64,000 nucleotides of DNA from NCBI RefSeq assembly GCF_009914755.1, contig NC_060928.1. One strand, written 5' to 3'. Positions 60,115 through 64,000 of this stretch are shown here, piece after piece (position 1 is the first letter of the stretch; each line of letters begins with the position of its first letter). The notes beneath the pieces were generated by a model. It saw nothing but the letters and a program-made list of their open reading frames with translations. It was not told the DNA's origin and did not search any database. The DNA comes from the human T2T-CHM13v2.0 reference genome, Homo sapiens. The translations under genes and the position numbers were made by a program.

Positions 60115-60270
60115 GGCCAGATGTGATGACTCATGCCTGTAATCCCAGCAATTTGGAAGGCTGGGGCACAGGGTCCCTTGAGCCCAGAAGTTCAAGGCTG
60201 CAGTGAGCTATGATCACACCACTGCACTCCAGCCTGGCTGACAGAAAGAGACTCTGTCTCTAAATAAAAC
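60115..60270 (+). mobile_element. Alu monomer (FLAM/FAM-like)
   Basis: ggccagatgtgatgactcatgcctgtaatcccagc...gagactctgtctctaaataaaa. Confidence 0.85.
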
Positions 60271-62501
60271 CAAAAACTCTATTTGCAGTTGACTAGTTGA
60301 CAATACAGGAAAATGGACATACTCCTAAACTACTACTTTGTATTTAACTGTGTGAAGGGTAATTTGGAAATACATAAAAAACACATTAAATGTTATCAAG
60401 AAATTCTTGAAATTTATTCTCTGAAAATAATATGAAATGGGCAGAACATTTTGTGATTAAGAATGTTCATTGAATTATGATTTGTAATAATTAAAAATGA
60501 AAACAAATTTAACTTATAAAAAACTTAATGATATATCTATATATTGAATTATATGGAAAAAATCTCATAGGTAGTACATTGTATATACAATATTGTATAC
60601 ACATTGTATATTATGATTTTATGGCATATTTGTATTTTTTGGTGTCTGGTGGTGGGATGTTTGCTTTTATAAACACTTTGAAACACATGTGTAATAAAGA
60701 TATAAGTGTTCTGTTAATGTACACAGTATTTTTTGTTCTTTTATTTCCATTTCTTTTGCAATATTTATTGTGGTTGAGCATTTACTAATGAAATGGTGTT
60801 CTGAGGGGATTTTTCTTCTTTGTTTTGTGGACTTTTTGACCACCTCTGACCAAATAGAGTCATATATTCTGTGTATTAGAGGTATTTGTGCATGTAGTTC
60901 TTTGTCCCCAGCATGCCTAGATCACCAAGCTTGATTTTTTTCTACACTTGTCTATATCATACCTATAAGACCATGCCTGATACAACCGTGTGTCGTTCCC
61001 TTCTCTAAATCATGTTAATAATGAGTGCTTATAGACACCTTTAAGAGAATCATTCACAAGACAACAATCATGCAATTTCCAATGTAGCAGCAGCCACTTG
61101 GTTTTCTTCCTTCCTTCTTCTCTTTCTCTCTCTTTCTCTCTCTCTCTTTCTCTTGTTTGTTGTTGTTGTTATCCTTCCCTTGTTTGCTGTATATTTTCAT
61201 ATATCTATGTTATTTTAATATAAATTTTGTGGTTTAAAATAGCATATTCATCTGGGTGCTGCTTCTGTTCTGTATAGCCTTGGCTAGAGTCACTCATTCA
61301 GCTATATTTAGCTGGCAACTGTCCAAGAAGACTTTAGCCGTTTTTTACGTATCTCAATATTCCTCCACAGGACCTTTTCAACAGTATGTGACCTAAACAT
61401 GGCAGCTGGATCCAAGTAGTTCAAAGGGACAAGCCCCTAAATGCAAGCTCTTAATAAGCCTCTACATAACATTTGACCCATTTGGTCAAAATGAAACACA
61501 ATGCCAAGCCCAATGTGGAAGAAGATTACCAAAGCGTATGAATACTGGGAGGTATGGGGGTCATCAATATAACAGTCTACAAAGTAATATTTTTTACTAA
61601 TGGATCCCAGAATGTGCCCAACTCCCAATGTTGTGATGTATGTGTCTCTTCATGTTTTTATGTGAGAATTCCTGCTAGAGAAATTTTATATACATACATA
61701 CGTGGTACACACACTCACACACACTCATACCCACATGCACACATTCTCCGAGAGTAAAATTGCTGGGTCCTAATTATGTGTATATTTAATTTGCCTTAAG
61801 TACTGTCGCAGTGATCTCCAGAATTGCTGTACCTGTGGTCATTACCATCACTAGTGCATGAGAATTCTCATATTCCTATATTCCTTGCCAACATTTGGCA
61901 CTATACTGCCTACTTTCCTTTCTGGCCGTAACTGCAATCTGACCACCTCATTTAAGAAACTGCAGTAGCTCTTTCTTAATTTGTGGTAGGGTGAAGATCT
62001 TGGATAAGAATTCAAAAATCCCCATAATCTATTCATTCTCTTTTGATCCAAAAGGACTTCTGATTACTCAATTTTATTCCCCTTCCAATTCTTCTAAGCT
62101 AATCTTCTTGCTGTTTTGCAAACACACTATGTAAATGCAAATTTGCTGCTGCTGGCATTTGCTTTCAAGCTTCCTTCTCTTTATTTACCCAAGTTCTAAC
62201 AATCCAGTCTGCAGGATTCAACTGTTTTGAGAAACTCAAAAACTTTAGTAATTATTTCTCTTTATCTTCTCTGAACTAATTTTTACAATAAACAGTCTGA
62301 AAATAAATCATGTATTGTTTTTCTTTTTCTTTTCTTTCTTCTTTGTAAAAAAAAAATTAATGTGAGGGCTTGTTTCCCAACTAGAATTCAAGAGAAAGAA
62401 ACAAGGATATAGTACATTTCTGTTGCAAGCAATTACCCTTTGAGTAAAGGGCATAGCAGGACAAGGGACATAACCTGAAGGTGACTTTGACTTGTCCTTA
62501 A

Positions 62502-62907
62502 TGACAGAGAGAGCAGGTAGCCAAGGATCCCCCAGAGAAACCCTGCCTTCAAGCCTAAAACAGCCTGAAGGCTGAAAAACCAGACTGCAGGGTCGGGCAT
62601 GAGGCCCGTCCTTTTCCAACTGATTCTTTCTGATTAATGCCCACCTAAGCACTAGGAGGACAGAGTGGAGCCTCAGGACATTTGAGCGCCCTTTGCAGAG
62701 GGGAGGAGACTGTCTTCTCTTATTCCTGGGTAGTGACTGGGATTCAATCTGTGAGATGGGGGCCTATTAATGGGAACCCTTCACGCTTTGCTGAGAGTGT
62801 TTTCTCCTTTCCCCCCAATAAATTTTGTTCCCCCCTCATCCTTCAAAGTGTCTGTGTGTCTAACTTTTCATGGTCATGTGACAAGGACTCGGTTTTTTTC
62901 TACAACA
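62502..62907 (+). mobile_element. ERV1-class solo LTR (MER61-related; subfamily uncertain)
   Basis: TG...CA termini, perfect 4-bp TSD ttaa, internal AATAAA at ~62817, ccttcaagcctaaaacagcctgaaggctgaaa motif. Confidence 0.8.
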
Positions 62908-64000
62908 TTAATAATGGCAGAAACTCTGCCAGTGATTTAGAAAAATATATTAATTTATTCAAGACATCTTAGTGGTAACTGACAGAAACCTGTATAACTG
63001 AATTGTATGCTGTGGTTTGTTAGCCTATGAATTTCTAAATGTCATTTAAAATTGACATTTGAATCCTTCGAGTTATTTTTTAAAATTAACTTACAGTCTT
63101 CTTTCTGCAGGCATTTAATTAGTGCACATGTGTACGATCTGATGAAATAATGGATTGGCATAAAAGTTGCCGGACACTATTATAGGAATAATTACTGGAC
63201 CAGTTATGGAAATTGTTGGGCACTTTGGTAGTGTTTAATGTTTTTTCTTATTTGTTCCCTACTCCTACTTCCAACTCTGGTAAAATTTATCTCAGTTGAT
63301 TCTAGTGAAAATTTGAGATACAAATCCCTTCTCATCTGACTTCTCTTCCTCCCATTTCTCATCCTTAACTCTGATTTTGGATATAGGCATTCCATTGAGA
63401 CCCTTTAAATTCTTGCTAAGTCTTGAGACTTCGAAGGAAACTTCCTATCACCTTAAATCTAAAGGTAATGTCTTACATGCCAACACTCACTCTGCCTTCA
63501 GATGAAGGCAGTGAAGCTCTACTAGGCTTTCAGAATGTTAGTAATGGAATGACTCAGTAAGATAAGCAACAAAGTAAATACAACAGTCCTTACATTAGGC
63601 ATCTTTTCTAAAGCTGGCCATTTATTTCTTGCTGACTACATACATTTATTTGTTTTCTGAATGATTTCAAATATTTGTTCTTTGTTCACGATAAAAAAAA
63701 TTGCATAAACCTCTGAGGATCGCTATTTATAGAAAAATAGTTAAAATACAATTCATTCACCAACACTTATCTGAAATCTATTCTTATTTAGAATACTCTT
63801 TCCCTAGTAACTATGACATTTACTGCGATTATCTTTTCACACCACAACAAAACAACCTAAGAAGCTGGTCAATATCTATATTAGGTAGATTGGCCAATAC
63901 CTACCTGAAAGTCATACAATATACCCTCCATCATGTTACAGGTGATAAAATATAAGTGTGACTGTTCATTCACCCTGTTGACTCTTTTGGCATCACAATT

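Overview
Primate (human-like) genomic DNA. It holds exons 2-14 of GUCY1B1 (formerly GUCY1B3), the beta-1 subunit of NO-sensitive soluble guanylate cyclase, on the + strand. Exon 1, which supplies only the ATG, lies upstream of the window. The 13 coding exons I delimited sum to 1857 nt; with the ATG that gives 619 codons plus stop (H-NOX, PAS, coiled coil, cyclase). The window opens in the CpG island, has a ~1.2 kb 3'UTR, and ends with ~15.5 kb of intergenic repeat-rich DNA (Alu, L1, L2, MIR, MaLR, ERV1 solo LTRs, DNA transposons, one minisatellite). The most interesting signals are in the last intron: a candidate 12-nt in-frame neural-type microexon (SGSK), and a read-through stop giving a C-terminal class I PDZ motif (-TEV*). 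Together they suggest a three-way C-terminal switch. Other points: in-frame alternative acceptors just before the heme-ligating His105 and at exon 10, a GC-AG intron, a tightly spaced inverted Alu pair, a MER41 LTR with an intact GAS motif, and a minisatellite born inside a DNA transposon. Repeat subfamily calls are by eye from remembered consensus sequences and their boundaries are approximate.
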